From contig CAYVBX010000001.1 of NCBI GenBank assembly GCA_964449945.1, positions 69,985 through 127,053 on the forward strand: a stretch of 57,069 bases of DNA. The letters run 5' to 3'. This stretch comes from an uncultured Candidatus Peribacteria bacterium (GTDB lineage: Bacteria; Patescibacteriota; Gracilibacteria; UBA1369; LOWO2-01-FULL-3). Made by a program: the position numbers and the translations under genes. The notes below the pieces were generated by a model, which had not been told where the DNA came from, did no database searches, and saw only the letters and a list, made by a program, of their open reading frames with translations. Numbering within the stretch: position 1 is the first letter of the stretch; every line of letters begins with the position of its first letter. Of this stretch, positions 1-9,433 are shown piece by piece.

Positions 1-239
1 ATTTGGGTAGGTGCTTGTGCTTGAGTCTCGGCTTGAGCTTGAGCTTGAGCTTGAGTGTTGTTTATTTGATTTGTTTGTCCTTCTAAAGAAATATTTTTTG
101 TTAAACTATCTATGTTTTGTGTGGATTTTTCATTATTTATGCTCTTTTCTTCATTATTTTGTTTTTCAACATTAGTCATGTTTAATATGCCGTTTTGCGG
201 ATTTTCATTGTTTGTACTGGTTTTTTCAGGTTCCTGCAT
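1..239 (-). CDS. hypothetical low-complexity (Q/N/E/K/A-rich) protein, N-terminal part only; continues past the window start
   Basis: Own translation of the minus strand. ATG at 239..237 follows an in-frame TGA at 293..291. Then 79 open codons, MQEPEKTSTNNENPQNGILNMTNVEKQNNEEKSINNEKSTQNIDSLTKNISLEGQTNQINNTQAQAQAQAETQAQAPTQ, run off the window. Missing from the ORF track because no stop lies inside the window. Confidence 0.35.
   Translation of the reverse strand, partial: MQEPEKTSTNNENPQNGILNMTNVEKQNNEEKSINNEKSTQNIDSLTKNISLEGQTNQINNTQAQAQAQAETQAQAPTQ
31..55. repeat. hexanucleotide tandem repeat (GCTTGA)x4, encoding (AQ)n on the minus strand
   Basis: Direct reading: gcttgagcttgagcttgagcttgag, with imperfect copies just upstream (13..30). 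Confidence 0.9.
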
Positions 240-359
240 AGGCTTAAGAATTAGTTTATCTATATATTTTACTACTTTTTGGCTTGTTTTTCAATAAAAA
301 AGCTTCTGTTTGTTTTAAGCTTTTTCTTTTGTTATATTTTTTTTAAATAATCATTATTT

Positions 360-1490
360 GTGTCAAAAAAAATATTATTTATTTCTGAAGCGTCTGTTTA
401 TAAGGATAAAAATGGTTTTTTTCATTCTAAATCTGGTGGAGCTAGTTATGTTCATAATATGGCAAAATCTTTTAGTAAAAAGGGTTTTAATGTTGTAGTT
501 TTTTCTTTAAAAGAATTTGAGGAACAAAATGATGAAGAAATAATTGATGGAGTTTTGTATATAAGAAGGTTTTCTATAAATCGAGGATCTTTTTTAATGG
601 TAAAATACCTCTTTTTCGCATTTAAAATGGCTTTTTCATACGATATAGTTTTTTATAATCAATTTTTGCCTCATTTACTTTTGGCTCTTTTATTTTTTAA
701 ACAAAATTTTGTAATTTTTCACGATGTTTATTTGAACAATAAAGTTTGGTTTAATTTGTTTTCTAAAAAAAAGGCTTATTTCGCATCTTTTTTGGAGTAT
801 TTACAAATAAAATTTGCAAGTGTTTTTTCAAAAAAAATTCTTGTTGTTTCAGAGAGTACAAAATTTAAAATTTTTAAATATCTTAATAATAAATCAAAAA
901 CTAAAGTAATTGTGGTTTCTAATACTATTAATTTAAAAAAATATAAAACTTTAAAAAAAGAAAATTTTCTTCTTTTTGTTGCTAGATTTGTTAATTATAA
1001 AAGGCCAATTGATGCTATTTGCGTTTTTAAATTTTTACAAAATCATCATCCAGATTTGAAGTTTAAAATGGTTGTTACAAGGAAGTTTGATAATGTTTAT
1101 TTACAAATAAAGCAAAAAATAAATGAATTATCTATTAAAAATTTAGAACTTTTGGAAAATCTTCCAGAACATTCTTTACTTGATTTATATTCTAAAGCTT
1201 TAGTTTTAATTCACCCTTCTGTTGTTGAAGGTCAAGGTATCGTTGTACTCGAAGCCTTAGCCTCTGGTACTCCTGTATCTGCCTATGATTTGCCAGCTTA
1301 TAATGGAATTTTAATATCTGGAAAAAATTCAGAACTTGCTAAAATGAATGATTTAAATGCTCTTAAAAAAGCTAGTTTGAAGATTTTAAATAATTATTCT
1401 ATTTATCAAAAAAATACTTTAATAACTTTGAGTAAGTTTGATATGAAAACTTTTGATAAATCAATTAATGATATTATTGATTATTTTTAA
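360..1490 (+). CDS. glycosyltransferase, GT-B fold (family 1/4-like)
   Basis: 376-aa ORF with GTG start. C-terminal EGQGIVVLEALASGTPVSAYDLPAYNGIL is the typical GT1/GT4 E-x7-E nucleotide-sugar region. Confidence 0.85.
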   Translation: MSKKILFISEASVYKDKNGFFHSKSGGASYVHNMAKSFSKKGFNVVVFSLKEFEEQNDEEIIDGVLYIRRFSINRGSFLMVKYLFFAFKMAFSYDIVFYNQFLPHLLLALLFFKQNFVIFHDVYLNNKVWFNLFSKKKAYFASFLEYLQIKFASVFSKKILVVSESTKFKIFKYLNNKSKTKVIVVSNTINLKKYKTLKKENFLLFVARFVNYKRPIDAICVFKFLQNHHPDLKFKMVVTRKFDNVYLQIKQKINELSIKNLELLENLPEHSLLDLYSKALVLIHPSVVEGQGIVVLEALASGTPVSAYDLPAYNGILISGKNSELAKMNDLNALKKASLKILNNYSIYQKNTLITLSKFDMKTFDKSINDIIDYF

Positions 1491-2525
1491 AAATTTTTTT
1501 GCAATTTTTTCTCGATAATAATTTTCTGCAAATTTTGGTCCAATTTCGGTAAATTTCTTTTTTATAAGGGGATTATTTAAGTGTTTACAAATTAATGTTT
1601 TTAAGTTTTTTTTGTCTTTTGCTTCAAATGTTTCAACTGTTTCTCCAAATATTTCTTTTAAGCTTCCGCCCGTTGAAGTTATTACAGGTGTTTTGTATGA
1701 TATGGCTTCAAGTGGAGGTATCCCAAATCCTTCATATATTGAAGGAAATATGAATAAATCCGCATATTTTAAAAGACTTGCCTTTTGGTTTTTGTCTACA
1801 TATGAAAGATATTTTATGCTTGGGTAGTCAAAATGTTTTGTGATTTTTTTACTTTTCCATCCGATTTTTCCAGCTATTATTAAAGTATGGTTGATTTTTT
1901 TTTCATTTTTAAGCTCTTTATATGCTTCAATTAAGGTTTCGATATTTTTTCTTGGCTCTATTGTCCCTAAAAACAAAACATATGGGCTTTTAATAATTCT
2001 CTTAATATCTTTTTTTGGTTTTGATATTGCTGGAGGCAAAATATATATGTTTTTTGTTCTTTTAAAGATTTTTTCTATATCCTTTTTACTGGTTTCGGAT
2101 GGTGTTATTAAAATATCTGAATTTTTTATAATTTGCGGTAAAAAAAATTTATGTACGATGTTGTTTTTTAATTTATGGCAAGACGGATATAAAAAATTAC
2201 TTAAATCGTGAATTACTGATATTGTTTTAGTAGGCTTTTTTATACGAAAAGGGCCAAGGTGTGATGGTTCTATAACAATATCTGCTTTAAGTTTGTTTAT
2301 CAGCTTTGGTAAAAGGAAAAGTTTTCTATATAATTCATATATTTGTCCTTTCCCATTTATTACAATGTTTTTTTTGTTTTTATAAAAATTATTTTTTTCT
2401 CTGTGAATTAGTGTGTATGTGTTTTTATTGTCATATTTTAATAATGATAAAACTAAATTTTTTGTATAATAATGAATTCCTGTTTTTTGATTATCTATTG
2501 AGTCTGTTATAATCACTATGTGCAT
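1461..2525 (-). CDS. glycosyltransferase, GT-B fold (family 1/4-like)
   Basis: 354-aa ORF. EGFGIPPLEAISYKTPVITSTGGSLKEIFG motif plus the N-terminal MHIVIITDS...TGIHYY beta-alpha start typical of GT4. Its 3' end overlaps the previous gene by 30 nt. Confidence 0.85.
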   Translation of the reverse strand: MHIVIITDSIDNQKTGIHYYTKNLVLSLLKYDNKNTYTLIHREKNNFYKNKKNIVINGKGQIYELYRKLFLLPKLINKLKADIVIEPSHLGPFRIKKPTKTISVIHDLSNFLYPSCHKLKNNIVHKFFLPQIIKNSDILITPSETSKKDIEKIFKRTKNIYILPPAISKPKKDIKRIIKSPYVLFLGTIEPRKNIETLIEAYKELKNEKKINHTLIIAGKIGWKSKKITKHFDYPSIKYLSYVDKNQKASLLKYADLFIFPSIYEGFGIPPLEAISYKTPVITSTGGSLKEIFGETVETFEAKDKKNLKTLICKHLNNPLIKKKFTEIGPKFAENYYREKIAKKFLKIINNIIN

Positions 2526-2545
2526 AATTTTTATTAATTATTTAG

Positions 2546-3316
2546 ATGATTTTAACTCAAAAAAAAATTAATTACGAACTTCTTTGGAGATTTATAAAAA
2601 CTGATTTTAAGCTTAGATATTACGGTAGTTTTTTGGGTTTTTTTTGGGCATTACTTAAGCCTCTTTTTATTTTCGCAGTTTTATATTTAGTTTTTACAGT
2701 TTTTATAAATTGGAATATTTTGAATTATCAACTTTATTTATTACTAGGAATTATTATTTGGAACTTTTTTGCTGAAGCCACGATAAATGGGATAAATTCA
2801 CTTCAAAATAAATCGGGATTATTAAAAAAAGTTTATTTTCCTCGAATCTTTGTAGTTATTTCTTCAACAACTACATCTTTGTTAGTTTTTTTATTAAATA
2901 TTTTAGTGTTTTTTCTTTTTTATATTTTTAGTGATTTATCCTTTTCTTTAGTAGTTTTTTTCTTCTTACCTTATGCAATAATTCTTTATTTTTTGGCTTT
3001 ATCAATCTCTTTGTCTTTGTCAATTTTACAAGTTTATTTCAAAGATCTTATTCAAATATGGGAAATTTTACTTCAAGCTTTTTTTTATTTAACACCTATA
3101 ATTTATCCAATTAGTCTTGTTCCAGAGGCATATAGACATTTTTTATTTTTAAATCCTTTAACGGGAATTATTCAATATTTTCGTTTAATTATTATTGAAC
3201 ATAAAATTCCATCTGTTTTGGGTACTTTTTATTTGTTTCTTTTTGTTTTTTTGTTTTTTTTAATTTCTTATTATATTTTTAATAAATATTCTAAAAAAAT
3301 AATCGAATTACTTTGA
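2546..3316 (+). CDS. wzm: ABC-2 type polysaccharide/teichoic-acid export permease (Wzm/TagG-like)
   Basis: 256-aa polytopic membrane protein with about six hydrophobic helices. N-terminal RYYGSFLGFFWALLKPL is the ABC-2 permease signature. Translationally coupled to the ATPase gene that follows. Confidence 0.85.
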   Translation: MILTQKKINYELLWRFIKTDFKLRYYGSFLGFFWALLKPLFIFAVLYLVFTVFINWNILNYQLYLLLGIIIWNFFAEATINGINSLQNKSGLLKKVYFPRIFVVISSTTTSLLVFLLNILVFFLFYIFSDLSFSLVVFFFLPYAIILYFLALSISLSLSILQVYFKDLIQIWEILLQAFFYLTPIIYPISLVPEAYRHFLFLNPLTGIIQYFRLIIIEHKIPSVLGTFYLFLFVFLFFLISYYIFNKYSKKIIELL

Positions 3317-4482
3317 AAAATGTTGTTGTTGTAAATAATTTAAGTAAAACATTTAAAATCCCTAGAATAAAAAAAGATACTGTAAGGGATTATCTTTTTA
3401 ATTTGTTTTTTAAAAATGAATTTTTTGAATTAAAAGTCTTAAATGATCTTAGTTTTGAGATTAAGGAAGGAGAATTTTTTGGTATTTTAGGTGAAAATGG
3501 TTCTGGCAAATCTACATTACTTAAAATTATTGCCGGAATTTATCCCCCAGAATCTGGAAGTGTGTTTGTTGGAAAAAAAATTGCACCTTTTTTAGAGTTG
3601 GGCGTTGGTTTTAATGAAGAACTTAGCGCTTTAGAAAATGTTTATTTAAATGCCACAATACTTGGAATGAGTAAACTTGAAATTAAAAATAAACTTGATG
3701 AAATAATTGAATTTTCAGAACTCTCTTCTTTTATGCAACAAAAATTAAAAAATTTTTCTTCAGGTATGCAAGTTAGATTGGCTTTTTCAATTGCAATTCA
3801 GAGTAATGCAGATATTTTTTTACTTGATGAAGTTTTGGCTGTTGGTGATTTGAATTTTCAAAGTAAATGTTTTGATAAATTTAAAAAGTTAAAGCAAGAA
3901 GGAAAAACTATTATTTTTGTTTCACATGATTTAAATAATTTAAGAAAGTTTTCTGACAAAATTCTTTATTTAGAAAAAGGAATAGTTAAGGCTTTAGGTG
4001 ATGCGGATTCTGTTGTGGATAAGTATGTTTCAGAACATAGTTTTTTCAATAATGCCAATTTGGATACTAAAAATCCCCAAAATTCAGTTGAGTTTAAAAA
4101 AATTTCTTCAAATTTAGAAAGTGATGAGCTTGATATTTCTTTATCTAGTTCTTTTAAACTTAATATAAAAGTAAAGTCAAAATTTGATTATCCAAATCCA
4201 GTTCTTGGCTTTATTCTATATAATCAAGATGGTGCAAAAATATTTGCAACTAATAGTTTGCTTTCCAATAATCCAATTAAAGCTTTAAAAAAAGGTGATA
4301 ATGAATATTCAATTGTATTTAAAAATTTAAGACTTCTAACGGGGAAATATTATCTAACATTAGCCTTAAGTGATGAGAACTTGTTTTCTGATTTTGTTTG
4401 GAGAGATAAAGCATATTGTTTTTATGTTAAAAATTCGGTGGCTGGTTTTGGAATTATAAATATTGAAAGAGATTTTTTATGA
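3313..4482 (+). CDS. wzt: polysaccharide ABC exporter ATP-binding protein (Wzt/TagH-like) with about 140-aa C-terminal beta-rich extension (Wzt_C-like)
   Basis: 389 aa. Walker A GENGSGKST, signature FSSGMQVRLAF, Walker B IFLLDEVLAVGD, H-loop SHD. TTG start overlaps the wzm TGA stop (cTTTGA). Residues from about 250 to 389 lie beyond the NBD. Confidence 0.9.
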   Translation: MKNVVVVNNLSKTFKIPRIKKDTVRDYLFNLFFKNEFFELKVLNDLSFEIKEGEFFGILGENGSGKSTLLKIIAGIYPPESGSVFVGKKIAPFLELGVGFNEELSALENVYLNATILGMSKLEIKNKLDEIIEFSELSSFMQQKLKNFSSGMQVRLAFSIAIQSNADIFLLDEVLAVGDLNFQSKCFDKFKKLKQEGKTIIFVSHDLNNLRKFSDKILYLEKGIVKALGDADSVVDKYVSEHSFFNNANLDTKNPQNSVEFKKISSNLESDELDISLSSSFKLNIKVKSKFDYPNPVLGFILYNQDGAKIFATNSLLSNNPIKALKKGDNEYSIVFKNLRLLTGKYYLTLALSDENLFSDFVWRDKAYCFYVKNSVAGFGIINIERDFL

Positions 4483-5618
4483 AAAAAATTGCAATTGTTG
4501 TTCATAGGTTTGGGCCTGAAATAATGGGAGGAGCTGAAAAACATGCTTATTTTTTAGCTAAAGAACTTTCAAAAATTTATGAAGTAACTGTTCTTACTAC
4601 TTGTGCAAATGATTATTATAGTTTTTCAAATTTTTATAATGAAGGTTCATCTCAACTTGAAAATTTTAAAGTATTGCGATTTAAAACAGATCAAATTAGA
4701 GATAAGAAAAAGTTTGATGAATATTCTAGATTTTTATTTTCAGGAAATTCTACAAAGGACGAACAATTAGAGTGGATGAAGCTACAAGGTCCTTATTCTT
4801 TAGATCTATATAATTTTATAAAAAGTTTAGATGGAAAAGTTGATTCGTTTATTTTTTTTACTTATCTTTATGCAAGTACTTACTTTGGCATAAAACAAAT
4901 TTCTAAGTCAAAAAAAATACTTGTACCCACTGCTCATAATGAAAAAGAACTTTTTTTACCAATATTTAAAGATGTTTTTGAGAATGTTGATGGGATTATT
5001 TTTAACACTGAGATTGAAAAAAAACTTTGTGAAGGAGTATTTAATTTGAATAAAAAAAATATTATTGCTGGAATTTTTGTTGAAAATCCTAGTTCTATTA
5101 AATATAAAAAAAATGAAGATGAACGATATTTTGTCTATGTAGGTAGGATTGATGAAAATAAAGGGGTTTTGGAATTGTTTGATTTTTTTTCAAAAGCAAA
5201 GTCTAAGTATAAACTCGTAATTGCTGGAGAAAATCATTTGAAAATTCCAGATAATATTGATTATAAAGGCAAAATTTCAGACGAAGAAAAATTTAAATTA
5301 TTTTATAATTCAGATTTTGTAATTGTTCCTTCAAAATATGAAAGTTTGTCGATGCTATTACTTGAGTCCTTTTTGTTTTCAAAACCCGTACTTGTTAATT
5401 CCAAATCAGAAGTGCTCAAAAAACATTGTTTACTTAGTAATGGAGGTCTGTGGTATGATGATTTTGAAAGTTTTAAAGTTGCAGTAAATTGGTTTTATGA
5501 AAATAAAGAACTTTCAAAACTTTTAGGTAAAAATGGAAATAAATATTTTTTAAATAATTATTCTAAAGAAATTGTTTTGTCTAAAGTTGTTAAATTTTTA
5601 AATTGTTTTAATGAATAA
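4479..5618 (+). CDS. glycosyltransferase, GT-B fold (GT4-like)
   Basis: 379 aa. N-terminal KIAIVVHRFGPEIMGGAEKHA and C-terminal ESLSMLLLESFLFSKPVLVN motifs. ATGA overlap with wzt. Confidence 0.8.
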   Translation: MKKIAIVVHRFGPEIMGGAEKHAYFLAKELSKIYEVTVLTTCANDYYSFSNFYNEGSSQLENFKVLRFKTDQIRDKKKFDEYSRFLFSGNSTKDEQLEWMKLQGPYSLDLYNFIKSLDGKVDSFIFFTYLYASTYFGIKQISKSKKILVPTAHNEKELFLPIFKDVFENVDGIIFNTEIEKKLCEGVFNLNKKNIIAGIFVENPSSIKYKKNEDERYFVYVGRIDENKGVLELFDFFSKAKSKYKLVIAGENHLKIPDNIDYKGKISDEEKFKLFYNSDFVIVPSKYESLSMLLLESFLFSKPVLVNSKSEVLKKHCLLSNGGLWYDDFESFKVAVNWFYENKELSKLLGKNGNKYFLNNYSKEIVLSKVVKFLNCFNE

Positions 5619-6603
5619 AGAAATATCTGTTGTAGAAATAATGAAGGAAATAGAAAATAATGCAAAAAAAGAACGAATGTTAAACGATTCTCAAAGACTT
5701 AATAATTTGGATATAAAATCATTAAAAGATATAGAATTTCCTGAGTTGAATAATCAAGATTTTTTAATCAGTTCAAAACTTAGACTTAGGAAAGTTGAAA
5801 ATAAAGGAATATTTACTCGTCCTATAAATTATTTACTTCGAAAATTTTATTTTGCCCTTAGATATTTACTTGATTCTTTAATCGTTTCTCAAGAAAAGTT
5901 TAATATTTTTGCAAATAATTTTATTTTAGAAAATGAAAAGAAAGAAATTGATTTTGATTATTTTGATTTTTCTAGTGAATTTAGAACAAATGCTTCAAAT
6001 AATTTAGATCTTTATTTGCCATTTTTTAAAGATTCTAAAAATGCCCTTGATCTGGGGTTTGGGAATGGGGAATTTCTTCAATTTTTAAAAAAACATAATA
6101 TTCAAGGACAGGGAGTTGATTCAAATAAGGATTTTGTGGAAAAAATGAAAGGTCTTGATTTTGATGTTTATGAAGCAGATCTTATTAAGTTTTTAGAAGA
6201 TAATAATGATATTTATGATGGTGTATTTTGCGCACAAGTAGCCGAGCATTTGGATAATTTTAATTTGTTAAAATTAGTTTCTTTAGTTTTTAAGAGTTTA
6301 AAAGAAAATTCCTATTTTATTATGGAAACGATAAATGTGAAATCACTGTCTGTCTTTACAAACAGTGTTTATAAAGATTTGACACATATTCGTCCTATTC
6401 ATCCAGATTTGCTTAGATATATTTTTAAAAAAGCTGGATTTAAAGATGTTTCTTTAATTTTTTCTTCGGAATTTAAAAATGAAGAAAAGTTGAAAAAGGT
6501 TGAAGAAAAGTCAGATAATGATAAAGTTTTAAATTCAAATTTAGATATTTTAAACGAAATTATATTTGCACCCCAAGATTATGCAGTTGTTGGAAAAAAA
6601 TAA
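5611..6603 (+). CDS. class I SAM-dependent methyltransferase with about 130-aa non-catalytic N-terminal region
   Basis: 330 aa. Motif I ALDLGFGNGEFLQFL, post-I acidic residue in QGVDSN, motif III region GVFCAQVAEHL. Overlaps the upstream GT by 8 nt. Confidence 0.8.
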   Translation: MNKEISVVEIMKEIENNAKKERMLNDSQRLNNLDIKSLKDIEFPELNNQDFLISSKLRLRKVENKGIFTRPINYLLRKFYFALRYLLDSLIVSQEKFNIFANNFILENEKKEIDFDYFDFSSEFRTNASNNLDLYLPFFKDSKNALDLGFGNGEFLQFLKKHNIQGQGVDSNKDFVEKMKGLDFDVYEADLIKFLEDNNDIYDGVFCAQVAEHLDNFNLLKLVSLVFKSLKENSYFIMETINVKSLSVFTNSVYKDLTHIRPIHPDLLRYIFKKAGFKDVSLIFSSEFKNEEKLKKVEEKSDNDKVLNSNLDILNEIIFAPQDYAVVGKK

Positions 6604-7747
6604 GATTTGTTTTGTCCTTCCTTGGTTTGGCGAAAATATAGTTGGAGGAGCAGAAAAAGAAGCAAGACAGCTTATAAAATATTTGTCAAAATATTTTGAA
6701 ATTGAAATTTTAAGCACAACTGTAAAAGATTTTTTTTCTGATTGGAATCTTAATTATTATAAAGAAGGTATTTATAGAGAATTAGGTGTTTTGGTAAGAA
6801 GATTTGATGTTGATAAAGTTGATAGGACTGAGTTTCATAATGTGAACAGACTTCTTATGCAAGGGAAAAATCCAAATGCTTATGATGAAAAAGTTTATTT
6901 AGAAGGAATTATAAATAGTAAAAATTTGTTGAATTTTATTAAATTAAATAAAGATAATTATAAGTATTTTTTCTTTATGCCATATATGTTTGGAACTACA
7001 ATAAATGGTGTACTTAATGTATTAGATAAGTCTGTTCTTATTCCATGTCTTCATGATGAATCTTATGCAAAAATGACAATATTTAATGATGTTTTCCATA
7101 AAGCTTTTAGAGTATTTTTTCATATGAATAGTGAAAAAAATTTAGCAGAAAAGCTGTACGGTACAAGTCCTTCATATCGTGTTGTAGGTGAAGGCGTAAA
7201 TTTTAATTTTTCTGGAGATTCTAAAAAATTTTATGAAAAATTCAAGATAAAAAATTTTTATCTTTTTATTGGAAGAAAAGATGAGGGCAAAAATATTAGT
7301 TTGCTTTTAAAATGGTTTCGATTATATAAAAAGAAAAATCCAAGTGATTTAAAACTTGTGCTTATAGGGCCTTTAAAAATAGAAGGAGATGAAGATATCA
7401 TAGATTTAGGATTTCTTCCTGAGAACGAAAAATATGATGCAATTTCGGCCTCTTTAGGCCTTATAAATTTATCTTTATATGAGAGTTTTTCATTGGTTGT
7501 TTTGGAATCTGCTTTTTTAAAGAAAGTCGTAATCGTTTTAAGTAATTGTGAAACGACTAAAGAACATTGTTTGAATGGGAATATGGGACTTTATGTGAAG
7601 GATTATTATGAATTTTCTTCTTCATTGAAGTATTTAGAAAAAAATCCTGATATTGCTAAAAAGTTAGGTGAAAATGGATATAATTATGCAGTAACGAACT
7701 TTAGTTTTGAAATAGTTATAAATAAGATTTTAGAAAATTTATTATGA
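6566..7747 (+). CDS. glycosyltransferase, GT-B fold (GT4-like); paralogue-like of 4479..5618
   Basis: 393 aa. ICFVLPWFGENIVGGAEKEARQL N-terminus and ESFSLVVLESAFLKKVVIV C-terminal motif. The true start may be the ATG at 6581 (MQLLEK...). Either start overlaps the methyltransferase stop. Confidence 0.8.
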   Translation: MHPKIMQLLEKNKICFVLPWFGENIVGGAEKEARQLIKYLSKYFEIEILSTTVKDFFSDWNLNYYKEGIYRELGVLVRRFDVDKVDRTEFHNVNRLLMQGKNPNAYDEKVYLEGIINSKNLLNFIKLNKDNYKYFFFMPYMFGTTINGVLNVLDKSVLIPCLHDESYAKMTIFNDVFHKAFRVFFHMNSEKNLAEKLYGTSPSYRVVGEGVNFNFSGDSKKFYEKFKIKNFYLFIGRKDEGKNISLLLKWFRLYKKKNPSDLKLVLIGPLKIEGDEDIIDLGFLPENEKYDAISASLGLINLSLYESFSLVVLESAFLKKVVIVLSNCETTKEHCLNGNMGLYVKDYYEFSSSLKYLEKNPDIAKKLGENGYNYAVTNFSFEIVINKILENLL

Positions 7748-8802
7748 GAATTGATCAATTTGTTTCAAATTTTTCCTTTGGGGATGCCGTTTCGAATAAT
7801 GTTCGCTATATAAAAAAAGAATTAAATAAAAGGGGCATAAAATCTGATATTTTTACTCAATATAGAGATCAATATTCAGAAAAAGAGTGTAAAATTTATA
7901 CCGAGTTTTCTGATAAAAATGCAGTAATAATTATGCATAGCTCTACATATTCGGATATTCATAATTTTTTGGAAAAACTTAATAATAAAAAAATTCTTTT
8001 TTATCACAATATTACTCCTTCAAAATTTTTTATTGGCTTTAATGATTTCTTTGTAACACATCTTGAAAAAGCCAGAAATCAACTAAAAAATCTTTATAAA
8101 ATTTATGATTTTGCAGTTTCTGTTTCAGAATTTAACATTCAAGAACTAAAAGAGATTGGTTTTAAAAAAGTTTTTAAAGTACCTCTTTTTATTGATTTTA
8201 ATAAATTAAAATATACAAATTTTGATAATGAGATTTTGAATAAATATAATACAAATGAAGATAAATTATTTTTTTTGGGTAGATTTGCACCGAATAAAAA
8301 GCAAGATGATATAATTAAAACCTTTTATATTTATAATAAATACTTTAATCAAAATTCGAGGTTAATTTTAGCAGGGGATTACAAGGGACAGGAAAATTAT
8401 TATTCAAAGATTTTATCTCTAATTAAACATCTTTCGTTGGAAAATTTTGTTGATATTTATGGAAAAATTTCTAATGAAACTATGTGTTCTTTGTATAAAA
8501 AATCAAATTTGTTTTTTTCTATGAGTGAACATGAAGGCTTTTTTGTTCCTGTAATGGAGGCATATTTTTTTAATATTCCTGTTTTTGCCTATGACTTCGG
8601 AGCGGTGAAAGAAACGATGAATAACGGCGGAATACTTTTTAATAATAAAGACTTTATTGTTTTATCTGAAGAAATTTTTAAGATACTCAATGATAAAATT
8701 TATTTAAAAGAAATATTAAATAAACAAAAATCATCGCTTTCTAAATTTGTTTCAGAATGCAATGATTTTAAATTGTATCAAATTATTTTAGAAAACATTT
8801 AA
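7744..8802 (+). CDS. glycosyltransferase, GT-B fold (GT4-like)
   Basis: 352 aa. FGDAVSN N-terminal motif, GRFAPNKKQDD and EHEGFFVPVMEAYFFNIPVFAYDFGAV motifs. ATGA overlap with the upstream gene. Confidence 0.8.
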   Translation: MRIDQFVSNFSFGDAVSNNVRYIKKELNKRGIKSDIFTQYRDQYSEKECKIYTEFSDKNAVIIMHSSTYSDIHNFLEKLNNKKILFYHNITPSKFFIGFNDFFVTHLEKARNQLKNLYKIYDFAVSVSEFNIQELKEIGFKKVFKVPLFIDFNKLKYTNFDNEILNKYNTNEDKLFFLGRFAPNKKQDDIIKTFYIYNKYFNQNSRLILAGDYKGQENYYSKILSLIKHLSLENFVDIYGKISNETMCSLYKKSNLFFSMSEHEGFFVPVMEAYFFNIPVFAYDFGAVKETMNNGGILFNNKDFIVLSEEIFKILNDKIYLKEILNKQKSSLSKFVSECNDFKLYQIILENI

Positions 8803-9428
8803 GCTTCTTTTGCTTCAATTTGTGCTTTTACAATCATTGTTGCAATTTTTGTTGCCCTTTCAGATTCGGCGAGTTTCATTGTAATAAATTTTATTGTTTC
8901 TTTTTGATCTGGTATCATTTTATGTTCAAGCGCATTTACTCTTCTTCTTGTTGTTTCTAATTCTTTTGCAAGTGCTTCTGCTTGTTTTTCAATTTCTGCA
9001 AGATGAATTAACGATGGAAGTGCTTCTGAAAAAGCCTTTAATGCTAGATCTAATTCTGCGCTTGTTTGTAAATAGCCAAAATTTAAAACATCGCCTTCTT
9101 GTTTTAGTTTGAAAAATGGAATATGAACACTCATAACATTTTTAGTTTCAACTTCGAGAGATGTTTTTAACGAAGGAAAAAGCAAAGCAGATTCTAGTAT
9201 TTCTGGATGCATCATTGATGAAGCTTGCATAAAATTTTTGAAGGATAGTTCAAGAATTTTTTCAATATCTTTTCTTAATGATTTAGCTTCTCTTATTGTT
9301 TTCATAAAAGAAGACATAAGACCGTCTTGTTTGTCTTTTAAAAGTTTATGTCCTCTGATTGAGCTCTTTAACCTTTTTTTAAGGTTTAGTAGCTCCATTC
9401 TTGTTGGTTTTACATCAAGTCTGGCCAT
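8799..9428 (-). CDS. atpD: V/A-type ATP synthase subunit D
   Basis: 209 aa. MARLDVKPTRMELLNLKKRL...RRRVNALE is the subunit D coiled-coil signature. Last gene of the operon, as in ntpD. Confidence 0.93.
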   Translation of the reverse strand: MARLDVKPTRMELLNLKKRLKSSIRGHKLLKDKQDGLMSSFMKTIREAKSLRKDIEKILELSFKNFMQASSMMHPEILESALLFPSLKTSLEVETKNVMSVHIPFFKLKQEGDVLNFGYLQTSAELDLALKAFSEALPSLIHLAEIEKQAEALAKELETTRRRVNALEHKMIPDQKETIKFITMKLAESERATKIATMIVKAQIEAKEA

Positions 9429-9433
9429 TATTA

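Noticed and set aside
112-297. 61-aa plus-strand ORF at the left edge
   Set aside because: It is F/L/C-rich and lies antisense to the better-supported minus-strand partial ORF (1..239).
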